A stretch of DNA of 64,000 bases from the human T2T-CHM13v2.0 reference genome, Homo sapiens. The stretch lies in the NCBI RefSeq assembly GCF_009914755.1, contig NC_060927.1. One strand, given 5' to 3'. The notes beneath the pieces are model-generated. The model ran no database searches. It was given only the letters and a program-made list of their open reading frames with translations, and had not been told where the DNA came from. The translations under genes were made by a program, and so were the position numbers. Of the stretch, positions 52,641-64,000 are shown piece after piece (positions within the stretch are counted from its first letter, which is position 1; each line of letters starts with the position of its first letter).

Positions 52641-53837
52641 GGGTGGGGATGGCCTGGAAGAGGATCTGAGTAAATTAGCTAGAAATAGTAATTAATTAGG
52701 AACCAGCAGAAAAAGTCTATGGGTGCATCTCATTCATATAAATATTTCTATTGAAGTAATCATGTGCATGTGTGCCAGAAACCAGAGCACCAAAAGCACA
52801 CAGGAAAAGCTGAAGGGAGAATCTTTTACAGACTTGCTTTGGGCTCTTTGGATGGAGATTAAATATACTCAGTTTGGATTTTTATTAGTATTTAGAATTT
52901 GCAACTTAAGGCTCTTGAACAGCCTCACTGAATCAGAATTAGTGAATGGCTTCTGGACTGGGAACTCTGGTAGAATGATTTATTTGCCTCTATTCCCTTG
53001 CTTCTTGTTGCTGTTGCTCAGAAATCATGCGCAGTGGGTTGTTTTAAGGTAGAGTATGCATCATAGTTCCTAGAGTTTGAAACCTGCTATTTTGAGGCAT
53101 GAGGCTGTTTTCTTTGCTTTGTTTGCTCTCTTTAGGAATGAAAAAAAATTGGATAGTGAGGAGATGCGAACCTGTCACAATTCTTAAAGTGATTGGAATA
53201 TAAAATAAAATTTTCAAGACTCCTCCCTACCTACTGCTGTGGAACCTCCTTCCTCCTTCAACTTCGGAAGCCATTCATTGAAAGGGACCCTTTCATTGTA
53301 CACCATGCTGGGCTTAGTTCTTCCATTAAATTCCTTCCCTGTGTTACTTAGAATTGAGGTAGAAAAAAAATATTTCCTTTGCCCTATGAATGTTTGACTC
53401 AGTTGAGGAAAGCCCTTTAATTAATGCTTAAATTTTGTAATTAACGTGCTCTACTTAAAAGACCAGTTTAACCTTGGATTCCTGACTCTGGAATTAATGG
53501 AAACTTTTGAGCAAAATCTTTTTCAGCCAAAACCTTCCTTATCCATATATGGCTTGTCCACTTTGTAGGCTTTTCTTTATTTAAATTCCAGACTACCCCC
53601 ACCCACTGCATCTTGACCACTGCTTTCCACTGGCAGTTGGTGACTATTCACAGTGTGCCAAGTAATTTTAACATAAGCCCAATCCATGATCAATGAAGAA
53701 AGGAAGTCAGATAAGATAGGAGAAAGCCTCAGTGTTTTCCTAAGCAAATATAAAAGTATGTTTAAGTACATTATGTTTTAGAATATCTATGCCATTGCTT
53801 CTTCCCTATTAGTATGTGTTTTCAAGAGTTGGTTGTA

Positions 53838-54039
53838 GCAAAAGTAGACAAATAGGATTGTATCAAAAAGCTCCTACGCAGCAATAAAAACAATAAACAG
53901 AGGAGACAACCTATGAAATAGAAAGTATATTTGCAAAGCATACCTCTAAGATTAATATCCAATTAATTGTCGAATTATTGGGACTAGTCTAGAGGTGAAA
54001 ACCTCAGTATCCATCGACAGATGAATGGATAAAGAAAAT

Positions 54040-54097
<58 letters not shown>

Positions 54098-54330
54098 GAT
54101 TTCTATTCAGCCTTAAAAACAAAGGAAATCTTATGCTGTCATTTAGGACAACGTGGAAGTAACTGGAAGACATTATGCAAAATGAAATAAGCCAAGCACA
54201 AAAAGATAAACACTGTATTATCGCATATGTGGAATCAAGAAAAAGTTGAAATCACAAGAGCAGAGGGGATAATGGTGGTTGCCAGAGTCTGGGGAGTGGA
54301 GGAAATTGGGAAATGTTGAAACAATAAAAG
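53838..54330 (+). mobile_element. L1MA/MB fragments (ORF2 end and 3' UTR, internally deleted)
   Basis: gcaaaagtagacaaataggattgtatcaaa; tccatcgacagatgaatggataaagaaaatgt; gaaataagccaagcacaaaaagataaa. Confidence 0.8.
54042..54095. repeat. (AC)27 microsatellite
   Basis: Direct reading; pure repeat, likely length-polymorphic. Confidence 0.97.
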
Positions 54331-54464
54331 ATTTTAAAAATTTGGTTTTAAATGCTCTACTGGCCATTGGTGAGTTAATGATTCACAAAATACCCTCAGA
54401 GAACTCAAGGCTTTAAAAAAAACACACTATGTGGAAGCTTGTAGTACGTGTGTATGTGTATGGT

Positions 54465-56020
54465 TTTTTAAATGAACTTTTATAATAGTTTTTGATTTGC
54501 GTAAAAGTTGCAAAGAAGTTTTCTGAATACCCCATACTCAGTTACCCTATTATTAACATCTTACATTAGTAGGGCATTTTTTATTGTTAATGAATTATTA
54601 TTTTTAGATGATTATTATCTAAAGTCTATGTTTTATTAGGATTGTTTCCAATGTAATGCCCTCTTTTTTGTCCCAGAATCCCCATTCAGAAGACCACTTC
54701 ACATTTAGTTATCATGTCTCCTTAGGTTTAGACTGTGGTAGTTTCTCAGACTTTTCTTGTTTTTGACGACCTTGACAGTTTTGAGGATTAGTAGTAGATA
54801 TTTTGTAGAAGTCCCTTCAACTGGGTTTTGTCTTATTTTTGTTTTCACGATTGAGGTTTTGGATTCTTGGTGGAAAGATCACAGAGGAAAAATGCATTCT
54901 CATCACATCATACCAAGAGTATATGCTCTCAACGTGACTTTTCTCTGATGATGTTAAATTCAATCACCTGCCTGAGGTAGGTTTTTCCGCTATAAAATTA
55001 CTCTTTCTCTCTACCCCAACACCTTTCCATACTATACTCTTTAAAAGGAAGTTACTATGTGCAGCCAACATTTGGAGGTCTTGGGGAAAGGGTGTTGTGC
55101 TCCACCAACTGGAGAGGGGGTATCTATATAAATTACTTGGAATTCTTCTGCATGGATATTAGTCTGTTCTTTTCTGTTTATTATTTACTTATTTGTTCAT
55201 TCATTCTGGTTTAGACTAATGGATATTTATACATTGAGCTCTAACCCAGTATTGTATTATTTCGTTTGTTGCTCAAGTTATTCCAGCTTTGGCCATTGTG
55301 GCCATTTTTAGTTGTTCACTGATGTGCTCCTTTGACATACCCCCATCATTTTGTTTTCTGAGCACTTCCTTACTTTCCGGCACTACAGGGAACTGCAGGC
55401 TTATTTTAGATATTCCATGCCATACAATCAGCCATTTCTTTAAGGAGCCCTGATTCCTTGTATTGGAGAATGGTATTAGAAACTAAGATCTGGGCACTAG
55501 AGGTTCTCATTCCTGCCAGGATGTCATTTTTTAGGCCATTTCAGTCTATCCGGGCTTGAGAAAAAAATACACACGCTAGCATAAATACATGTATCTAAAA
55601 TTATTTCTGTTAATCCATTTGTGCCTGTATGTAGCTAAATGTGAGCATATATGGATGTAATACTGTAATTCAGTATTACATGGTTTATTTTAACTTCCTC
55701 CCCTTGCTTGTCTGTAAATTCCCGTTCCAACAGAGAAAATCTCGGCTCCCACCATCCACCCCTAATTTTATGTTCAATCCAATATACATGTACAGTGGTT
55801 TCACAATTGGTAACCCATACTCCCATGAGAAACAACTTTACCAACTAGAGTATTGTTACTATGTAAAGTTCCTTTTACTTTAACCTCATAGTCTTCACTC
55901 ATTTCCAAATAAGCACCTATTTCCCCACCCCCGCCTCCCTTCAGTGTGGTTTGGTTGTCATACATTTGCTGTATAGTTAGACTCTTTTTCATGGCCTGAA
56001 TTCTATCTTGGACACCCAGA
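54465..56020 (-). mobile_element. L1MC-type 3' UTR
   Basis: tattattaacatcttacattagta...catttagttatcatgtctccttagg...gtttctcagacttttcttgtttttgacgaccttgacagttttgagga...tggagaatggtattagaaactaagatctggg. Confidence 0.82.
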
Positions 56021-56189
56021 TTTTTTCTTTTTACCTTCTTGTAAAGACCTCAAATATTTCTGAGAATTACCTGATATTGTCACCACAAAATTGAATATAG
56101 CAATGATGCAAGCAAATGAGAATCATAAATTGACAAATATTGAGGAGAGAATACAACTTAGAGTAAAAAGCAAACAAACAAACAGAAGC

Positions 56190-56350
56190 ACTTTCAAAGT
56201 CCTAGCTTTGCATGACTTCAAGCTAGCTGTGTCCTTCGGCAAGGTACCAAATTCCTCTAGGCCTTCAGTTTCTTACCTCTACAATTGGGTGCAGTTTCTC
56301 TGGATTGTTATGAGGATTAAATCAGAAAAGAAATATAAGAGTTTAAATGG
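56190..56350 (+). mobile_element. MIR
   Basis: tagctgtgtccttcggcaag...ccttcagtttcttacctctacaattggg...ggattgttatgaggattaaat. Confidence 0.7.
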
Positions 56351-57071
56351 TATACTATATTTTAAAGTACAATTATTAAATGAAATAAAGGTAAATTCCA
56401 AACTTCTGGCAAATAAAGTTTGGGTCAATAATACGGCTTTCATATATGTATGGCTTATGTATGGTAGTTCTCCAACATTTGAATGAAAGGATGGTGTGTA
56501 AACATATTACCATTTATATTTCCAGGGGAACCCAAGGGACCACTTGGGGGTTTTGGTCCTATTAGATGCTTTGTTGGCCTCACTAACAAATATTTAGAGA
56601 GGTAAGATTTAAGAGTTTAAATGTTACACAAAGCCATTTGGACCTTTTTGGTTACTTCTACTTTTATGTACCTAGAAGTAACTCTTTTTTTTTGCACTCT
56701 ATGGCAAGCTAATTTGTGTTGACCATGTCTCTGGGATATTAATTCTTCTCCAAGAATTAAAAAACATAATGTAATTCAGAGACATAGGGACTGGACATGC
56801 GTTTTGGGTGTAACACTTACTGGATTGGAAGGATATATGAACTTGAAGAATCTACTATATCAGTGTAGCCAAGTTGAGCAAAGTAGAGCCAGTGAAGAAA
56901 AAAAATGGACAGTCTCTCCTTAAGGCTACATATGTACATTGCACATTTTCAGAGGCACCATTCCTGTATATTAGTGTGAGTGGAATCCCCAGAATGGGCC
57001 AATATGCATGACATCTCTGGAGATGAAGTCCGTTTTCTTGTTGGTGTAAGGGAGAAAATACATTTAAAAAG

Positions 57072-57113
<42 letters not shown>
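57072..57113. repeat. (CA)n microsatellite
   Basis: Direct reading. Confidence 0.95.
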
Positions 57114-57116
<3 letters not shown>

Positions 57117-58364
57117 TACCATGCTTCCTATGATTTGACGATTGATAATTCTATAGTATATTTTATACTGCTTCATGGAACATTTTGTGTCTCTTTTTTA
57201 AGAAAAAATCATGATCTTAATGATCATGTGAACATTTTTGAAAGATGATACTTCTGCAGAATGTGCTACTGCCAACTCCCAAGGGTACTCCTGATTTATG
57301 ATCTAAGCCTGAGTTTCCTCTTCATAAAATGAACTAAAGAGGCTGAAATAAATAATGTATAATAAAGCATTTGGTAAAAAGCAAGACGATTGGCATCAAT
57401 GACCTGCTCTGACTCCACTTCCCATTCAGTGTTGTTCATACACTTCACAAATACCCAAATTCATCTTACCTACATCTCTCTCTATTCCTTTCATGTGTTT
57501 GACTTCTCCCCATGCAGTGTTTTATTGTAAATACCTCTTGTACTTTGATAACTACATTAAAATGAAAGCAATGTTTGTAGCAATTTATTTATACAGCTTT
57601 TTACTTTCTTTCATCTCAGCTGAATCCATAAATAAAAATGTCTTCTCTTTCAAGCAGTTGCCTATAAAGATATGCATATTTAAGAAAACCTGCAAAAGAA
57701 TATGCTATCTTTATGATTTATTAAAAGAAGATAATTGAGGAGTTAAAAAATACCTTTCAGCCTACAATCATGAACTAAAGAGGGAAAATGTGTCGACTGG
57801 TATATATGCCAAGAATTGCTAGAAAATTATAGTTTTATTACTCAAGATCCTTTTCAGACAAATGGTTGGAGACAAATATTCCCTGTACTTTAACTGTGAT
57901 TTATTTTACAAGTAAAGCTCTATCTATGCAGCATAACTTAAAGTTAGGATTTGAGTTAGATTGCCAGTTGTACCCAAGCCAAGCAATTCAAATTGTGAAG
58001 TGAAACTTTGAGTTGAATTCTCCAGCTTGTATTAAGATGGAAGGCTACTATATTGAGACCTTTCTATTAAAAATACAGGAAACACTTTTCTTCAGCTATT
58101 TTCCATCCCGGGTTTTCTGAAATAGACCATCTGCATTTCAATACTCCTTCCCATTTTCCCCATATGTATATCCTTTCCAATCAGAATATATGTTCCTATT
58201 TTTTGTTCAGCAAATGTAACTGCCATGTATGTTGTAAAATCTATCTTTTCCACATCTTAGTTCACTTTTAGAGACCACCCTTTTAGCAAGATTCGTCATT
58301 TCAGTAGTTTGGAAACAATAGCTTATTCAGGCAGCCACTTTTGATGGGAAATAGCATGGAATAG

Positions 58365-58605
58365 TGCAGGGTTTCCTAAACTGTGTTTCCCTGGGACATA
58401 GTTTCACAAAATGTTAATGAAAGTTTTATAGAGCATGGATTATTTGACTAGATACATGTAAGAATATTAAATTGAACAAAATTAAACAGTTTCTTTTTTG
58501 ACAGGAGTTCCCAGAACTTTTGATAAGCACTTATGCATTGTGAATCTCAAGATAAATTTATAATTTCAGTCTTTCCAAAATTGTTATATATGTGGAACTC
58601 CCATT
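58365..58605. mobile_element. hAT MITE (MER103-like)
   Basis: cagggtttcctaaactgtgtttcc...aacaaaattaaacagtttc...atgcattgtgaatctcaaga. Confidence 0.55.
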
Positions 58606-58629
58606 TTTCTTACAGGAAATTTTAATCTC

Positions 58630-59140
58630 CCATTTATTTATTGCTGCATCACATAACATCCCCTGATTTAAAACAATTTATTACTATCTGTCATAGTTCA
58701 GGCTTACTGGGTTCAATTGGGTGGTTCTAGCATGGATTCTTTTTTGCAGTTGCAATCAGATAGGCTGAGGATGAGTTATCTAAAGATGTAACTAGCCTAC
58801 ACATTTATGTGAATGGCAGTAGATGGTGGCTGTTGCCTAAGACCTCAGATGAGGTTGTCAGCAAGGACACTTATCTACATCTGTTTTCATGCTTTTGGCT
58901 TCTCTTACATTCTGTGAAGGAGCATTCTTGGACTCCCAGGGGAAAGCTCCATGGCTTCCAATAATCCAGCCTTGGAAGTCCCAGAACATCATTTTTGACA
59001 CAGTTGTTTGGTCAAGCAAGGCCCAAAACCACCCTAGATTCAAGGGGAGGGGAATTAGAATCTATGTCTTGATAGAGACATGTGGACATTCAGGAAGGAA
59101 AATAATTCATGGTGGCCAACTCTGCAGATTATCCACCAGA
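58630..59140 (-). mobile_element. MLT1H-type MaLR LTR
   Basis: ttattgctgcatcaca...gcagttgcaatcagat...cagccttggaagtcccagaacatcatttt...agattcaaggggagggga. Confidence 0.75.
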
Positions 59141-59348
59141 CTTTAACACCTCATGAGGCACTGAAATTCTGTGGAAAAGTTAGGGTAGTGGTGAATAGAA
59201 GTGTGTTGGGGAAATTGGTGTACAAGAATTCCCCATCAGGGAAAAATACTCTGTCATGGACATTGTTTAAAATTGTAGGTGTATGGTAATAACAAAAACA
59301 TGCCAGCTTTTAGATAATTTTATTCTCATTTTAAAATTCCCTACAGAA

Positions 59349-59527
59349 GGGGTTGCCAGGTGAAGAACAAGATGCCCAGTTAAATTTGAATTTCAGATAA
59401 ACAGCAAATAATTTTTTAGGTGTGGTATGTCTCACATATTGGACATACTTATACTAAAAAAAATGGTTATTTATGTGAAATTCAAATTGACCTTTTGTAT
59501 TTTTATTTGTTAAATCTGGCAACACTG
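59349..59527. mobile_element. MER53 palindromic hAT MITE
   Basis: gggttgccag...gcccagttaaatttgaatttcagataaac...gtgaaattcaaatt...aaatctggcaac; internal dyad symmetry. Confidence 0.88.
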
Positions 59528-59639
59528 TCTACAGATAACATATTATTTTATTGTTAGTGTTATTATTAGACTCTTCCTTCTGCCCCGCTTAACATTGCTA
59601 CACCATTGAGTTTGTGGATAAAAAAAATGATGTCGCAAA

Positions 59640-59850
59640 AAGAACTTAGGTTTTAGAACCAGAGATATCTGATTTCAGATCCTAGCTTTGCCATGTACCA
59701 GCCTTATAACTGTAAATTATTTAAGCTCAGCAAGCCTAAGTTTCATCATCTGTTGGGACTAGTCATAACTACCTGGCAGAATTGCTAGGTGCTTAGATGA
59801 GATGACTTCTGTAAACACCTAAACCTGTGATTGAGGTATAACAGGCATGG
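59640..59850 (+). mobile_element. MIR
   Basis: atcctagctttgcca...aaattatttaagctc...agcctaagtttcatcatctgt. Confidence 0.65.
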
Positions 59851-60504
59851 AGCCAAAGTTAATCTTGGTTCCTGTTTCCCTGCTAAAGCTGAGGCAAGAG
59901 GAAAATTCTGCTTAGTTTCCTGGATGGTGTTTATTTGATGAAGGATGTCAACTGGTAGAGATCTAGGTGGGACTTTTAATTCTTGCAGGTGAATGGAGTA
60001 AGTAAGATGTCATCTTGGGAGTTGAAAGTTTGATGGGAAGAAAGATATGTTTAAAGTGATGATGGCAACTGTGCTGTCAACACTGTGATCATCCCATAAG
60101 GTCTATTATGTAATCCTCTGAATTACTTACTCAACAATATTTTTATTTTGATTTTATTTGCTTGCATATCCATACTTTTATGTAGATTGTTACTCAAAAT
60201 CTGTTATAGTATAATTCATTATGGGGTAAATTCCATATCTGTTATTCTGATTAACCACACCAAGAAAAATTTGGGACAAGTGAAATCTGAATTAATACAG
60301 TAAAAGCAGTATCTCTTGGATAAAACTCGAATATGCAGGGAAATATTTAATGAACACATACTGTGACAAACACTGTGGAATTCTCTCTGAAATAGGTTGT
60401 GGTTAGCTCCATGTTTATAGCTAGGGAAATTGAGGCTCAAATTGGCCTGAAAAGAGTTACAAGGCAAATAAAAGCAAATAAACTCCTCCCCTCCAACTCT
60501 TTTG

Positions 60505-60790
60505 TAACACCCCTTGTTTAGGTCACCAATAGCATTCATGTCACTGAGTGCAATGGACATTTCTCAGTTCTGATATTGGTTGACCTTTCAGCAGTATTCC
60601 ACAGTGTTTACCATGACTCCCCTGTTTGAAAGACCCTGTTCTGTTCTCAGTAATACTTCACTCTCCTGAGTCCCTCCATCTTCTCTGGCTTTTCTTTTAT
60701 TTCTTGGAGGCTTGTCTTTTTCATTAGGTATGTTTTGAAGTTCCTCAAGACTGGGCCTGAGGCATCTTCTCTTCTATTTTTTCTCTTTTA
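60505..60790 (+). mobile_element. L2 ORF2 (RT) fragment
   Basis: aggtcaccaatagcattcatgtcactgagtgcaatggacatttctcagttctgatattggttgacctttcagcagtattc encodes VTNSIHVTECNGHFSVLILVDLSAVF, like L2 RT (VTNDLHVAKSNGHFSVLILLDLSAAF). Confidence 0.8.
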
Positions 60791-60794
60791 CCTT

Positions 60795-60816
60795 TAGGGG
60801 AAAAGAAAAGTGATAG

Positions 60817-60856
<40 letters not shown>

Positions 60857-61358
60857 TTACCTATCACTAGGTTCATGGCTGTGGTTCTTAAAGATTAATA
60901 AGAGACAATTATACAGATTTATTTAATGTAAGTTTTATATGACATGAGAACCTTCAGAAATGGGGAGCCAAGGAAACAGGGAAAGCTGTACATTTTTATG
61001 TTAGGTTTGACAAAGAAGTCAATAGTAATGGATAAGTATGATTGGACAAAGGGAATACCATTTAATGATAATACATCAACTTAGCAAGGCCTATTTGTTC
61101 AGATTCTTCTCAACGTCCCTGATTCTTCAGAGATAGGGATGTTCCTTTTCTCCAGGTATGGGGGGGTATCTTTTGAATGATGGTCTTATGACCTGCTTCA
61201 GGGGAGAAGGAAGGGAGAGGATCAGAGAGTGACCTTCCTAGGTTTTATGGCTTACTTCAAGGGAGAACGGTGATAGGAAGGTGGGAGAGACTTCCTTGCT
61301 TCTGTTTTCTCAGATACCAAGGTACCACATTTTGGGATACTGTATACTGTTCCCCATC
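60795..61358 (-). mobile_element. ERV1 solo LTR (MER34-family-like)
   Basis: atttatttaatgtaagttttatatgacatgagaaccttcagaaatg...agcaaggcctatttgttcagattcttctc...accaaggtaccacattttgggata. Confidence 0.7.
60820..60858. repeat. (ATTT)n tetranucleotide repeat
   Basis: Direct reading. Confidence 0.95.
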
Positions 61359-62559
61359 TTATCTCAATCACATGTACAGCTTCAGTTAGCACTTACCATA
61401 GTTCTCCGGGTCTCACACATCTCTCCACTGCCCACACCAGGGTTACACCTTTATTTTCATTGGTTTGCTTATTTCTTAATATCTTCATGTCTGCTTTTAC
61501 TTACTGTCAGATCCTTAGGGCCTTGCATTTAGTGGTCATTTTACATAGACTTGAGGATTGAAAGAATACATGAATGAATGAACCCAGATTACTGTGACCT
61601 GAAACCTCTTTTTTTCACTCCCTACTCTGCATCCCAAAGAACTTTAGGCACCAGAAAATCCCAGAACTTCATTTTGTACACAAGGGGGCTGAAATTCAGA
61701 GAAACCTAAAAAGTTTGGCAAAGTCACATAGCACTCAGAAGCTGGGTCTAGTATTCTGCTCTCTCAAAGACTGGGGCTGTGTGCCTCTCTGTAGATTTGA
61801 TCCCAGCTCACCTGCATGACTGAACATGTTCACAAGAATGATGGTTTTCCTTTTCTGGTAATGGAAAAGTGGTCTTTAGCAACTGGATTAGCATATGTTC
61901 ATTCTATAATTCATCTCTGCCCTTTAGATGCAGCCAGAATCTGAGATACGTACCTGTATCACTTTCCCAGCACTTTCCTTTATTGGTTTGTCTTTTACAA
62001 TGACTCAGCATTTTTCATCATGCCTTGTTTTCCGCTCTTTACTGTATCTGAGAAAAATAGCCCTTTAATAATAAAATATGATAGTTCACACAAACTTAAT
62101 AGAATTCTTAGAAATTCCGTATGTCAAAGGTTTGAAGTTCTGTGTTGAAATACCAAAAATATTAGTAAAATCCTATATAGCTAATAGCTTTTTCTAAAAC
62201 CCCACAAAAAGATTTCTCTCTTTCCATACTAGAGTCTGCACACATATGCTGTGGTTGGTGGTGTGGTGAGTGGTACTTTTTTTATTGATTGACAGAGTAA
62301 ATAGAGTATAAAGCCAAAATAATCCACAGCAGATGACTAAAAGCATGTTAAACTTAGCTAAGAGTAAAGGTACTTGCCATTTTTAAACCTTCCTTTTGCT
62401 TCCTCTTTTTTTCTAGTGGTGGTGGAGGGTGTGGCAGGGTAATGTGGATTGCCAAAGCAAGCAAAAGGGAAAGGAAAAACATAGCATACATGAGAAACGT
62501 TAGGAAAAGAATTGAACAATATTTCCATTCTGTTACAGAGTTACATCATTATTGACTGA

Positions 62560-62740
62560 TGGAACTGAAAAAACCCTTAGAAACTATCCTTCTTACTCCT
62601 TCAGTTTTACAGATGAAAATTGCAAAGTCCGGAGAGGTTATGTGATTTATCCAGGGTCACACAATTATTTAATGAAAGAGTTGAGTTGAGGTCATTTGAT
62701 GTCGGTTTGTCCTGCAAAGTTCAGCTTGCTTATTATATTC
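62560..62740 (-). mobile_element. MIR
   Basis: ttttacagatgaaaattg...gagaggttatgtgatttatccagggtcacaca. Confidence 0.7.
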
Positions 62741-63144
62741 TCTATGACATCTTTTATCAGTTCGCCCAGTCCATTGTGCCCCACCGTACCAGTATTGCCA
62801 TAGCACCCTGCATTTCCTGTGCACTATGTGGTGTCATATGTGCCTCTTGTCTGCGTCAGATTTTGAGCTCCATGAGTTCTGCGATTGCACTGTTCATGTG
62901 TCAAGGAGGAAGAAGGCAAGAGGGTTATTGACATGTCCTCTTGTGTGGTGAGGATTGCTACACTTTTTCCAAATATAGGCCTCTTTGCCCATCCCTACCT
63001 ATAAATTTCCCAGACAGCTCTTTTGTTCTGTGGTACTTTCATCTTACCTAATATCTAAGACCCAGCCTGTCTCATTGGTAATGCTTTGCTACCGCACCTG
63101 TCATCCTTACCTGTGTCTGCTACTCATGAGTTGACCCAGGGAAG

Positions 63145-63321
63145 GCTATTTAGTCTTGTTGAGGACCAGTTTTCTTTAGTCTGGGTATACAAATGGGTAT
63201 ACAAACAGCTGTATTTTAAGATATTCATTTAGACTATGCAAAAGGGGAAGAAGGAAGTCTTTCTGTGTGTATGCCCATTTCACAGACAAAAGAAAACTGG
63301 TCCTCAACAAGACTAAATAGC
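63145..63321. repeat. Near-perfect inverted repeat (39-bp arms, 1 mismatch) on MIR-like sequence
   Basis: 63145-63183 gctatttagtcttgttgaggaccagttttctttagtctg versus 63283-63321 cagacaaaagaaaactggtcctcaacaagactaaatagc. Confidence 0.95.
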
Positions 63322-63519
63322 TTATCATTTATCATTTTTCTCTTGGGTCCTCATAGAGAGTGGGCTGAACTGGCGAGGCAGTAAATAAAGTGGTCTACTT
63401 GCTTCCTTACAACTTGCTGAGTAGTTTTAGTTGTTGTTGTCATGATTATTGCTGTTTTACTTTTGGTTCCTAAGATTTTTACACTTTTGCTCATCTAGAA
63501 TTTATTATCTAGGATTTCC

Positions 63520-63697
63520 TAATGATAAGATGGATTACACCGATCGATTTTTGAATGTTGAATTCTCTTTGCATACCCGGAATAAATTCCACTTGGTTGT
63601 GGTATATATTTCCTTTTATATCAATACTTTAAAAAATTCATTTGCTAATTTTTGGAGGAATTTTGCAGCTATGTTCATGATAGATATCAGCCTCTAA
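63520..63697 (-). mobile_element. Old L1M ORF2 fragment
   Basis: gatttttgaatgttgaa...ttgcatacccggaataaattccacttggttgtggtatat...gaggaattttgcagctatgttcatga. Confidence 0.7.
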
Positions 63698-63704
63698 TAT
63701 CAGC

Positions 63705-64000
63705 CAACACCATTAAAATTAGACCAGTTAATAATCCTACAATGCCACTAAGTGTTCAAATAAAAGAAAGAGTTGCACATCTCTCATTTTAAATCAACTG
63801 CTAGAAATGATTATTCTTAGTGAGGAGTGTGTGTCACAAACCAAAATAGGATGAAAGCTAGGCCTCTTGTGCCAGACAGTTAGCCAAGTTGTGAATACAA
63901 AGAAAAAGTTCTTAAAGGAAACTGAAAATGCTACTTCAGTAGCAACAAAGCCTGGATGACAGCACATTTGTTTACAGAATGGTTGACTGCATATTTTAAT
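63705..64000 (+). mobile_element. Tigger1 fragment (transposase N-terminus, internal deletion), continues beyond window
   Basis: taagtgttcaaataaaagaaagag...gctagaaatgatta...aaagctaggcctcttgtgccagacagttagccaagttgtgaat, then aacaaagcctggatgacagcacat. Confidence 0.88.

Noticed and set aside
57470-57689. Minus-strand pseudo-exon (ttcttttgcAG...TAG|GTAAGA, 220 nt)
   Set aside because: Very AT-rich body, short pyrimidine tract; such pairs are frequent by chance.

Overview
Human genomic DNA. An AluYb9 at 47499-47809, a human-specific subfamily, indicates the species; I could not identify the locus. The window is AT-rich and roughly half interspersed repeats: 11 Alus, several L1 fragments, MIR/L2/L3, MaLR and ERV LTRs, and hAT/Tigger DNA transposons. 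I can support no protein-coding gene, RNA gene or processed pseudogene; the ORF track is explained by repeats or chance. The largest structure is a decayed ERVL-class provirus on the minus strand (~6030-14340) with readable gag, RT-thumb, RNase H and integrase remnants, later hit by L1MB, MSTB, AluY, MER44 and a complete solo LTR12. The most unusual signals are: a 38/39-bp inverted repeat built on two old MIR fragments (63145-63321); a 99-nt candidate exon in unique DNA (18190-18288); a CpG-retaining segment with ISRE/GAS/CRE motifs (26190-27420); and the LTR12 promoter. I found no evidence of a novel multi-gene system. Repeat subfamily names come from recalled consensus sequences, not a database search, and boundaries of old repeats are approximate.
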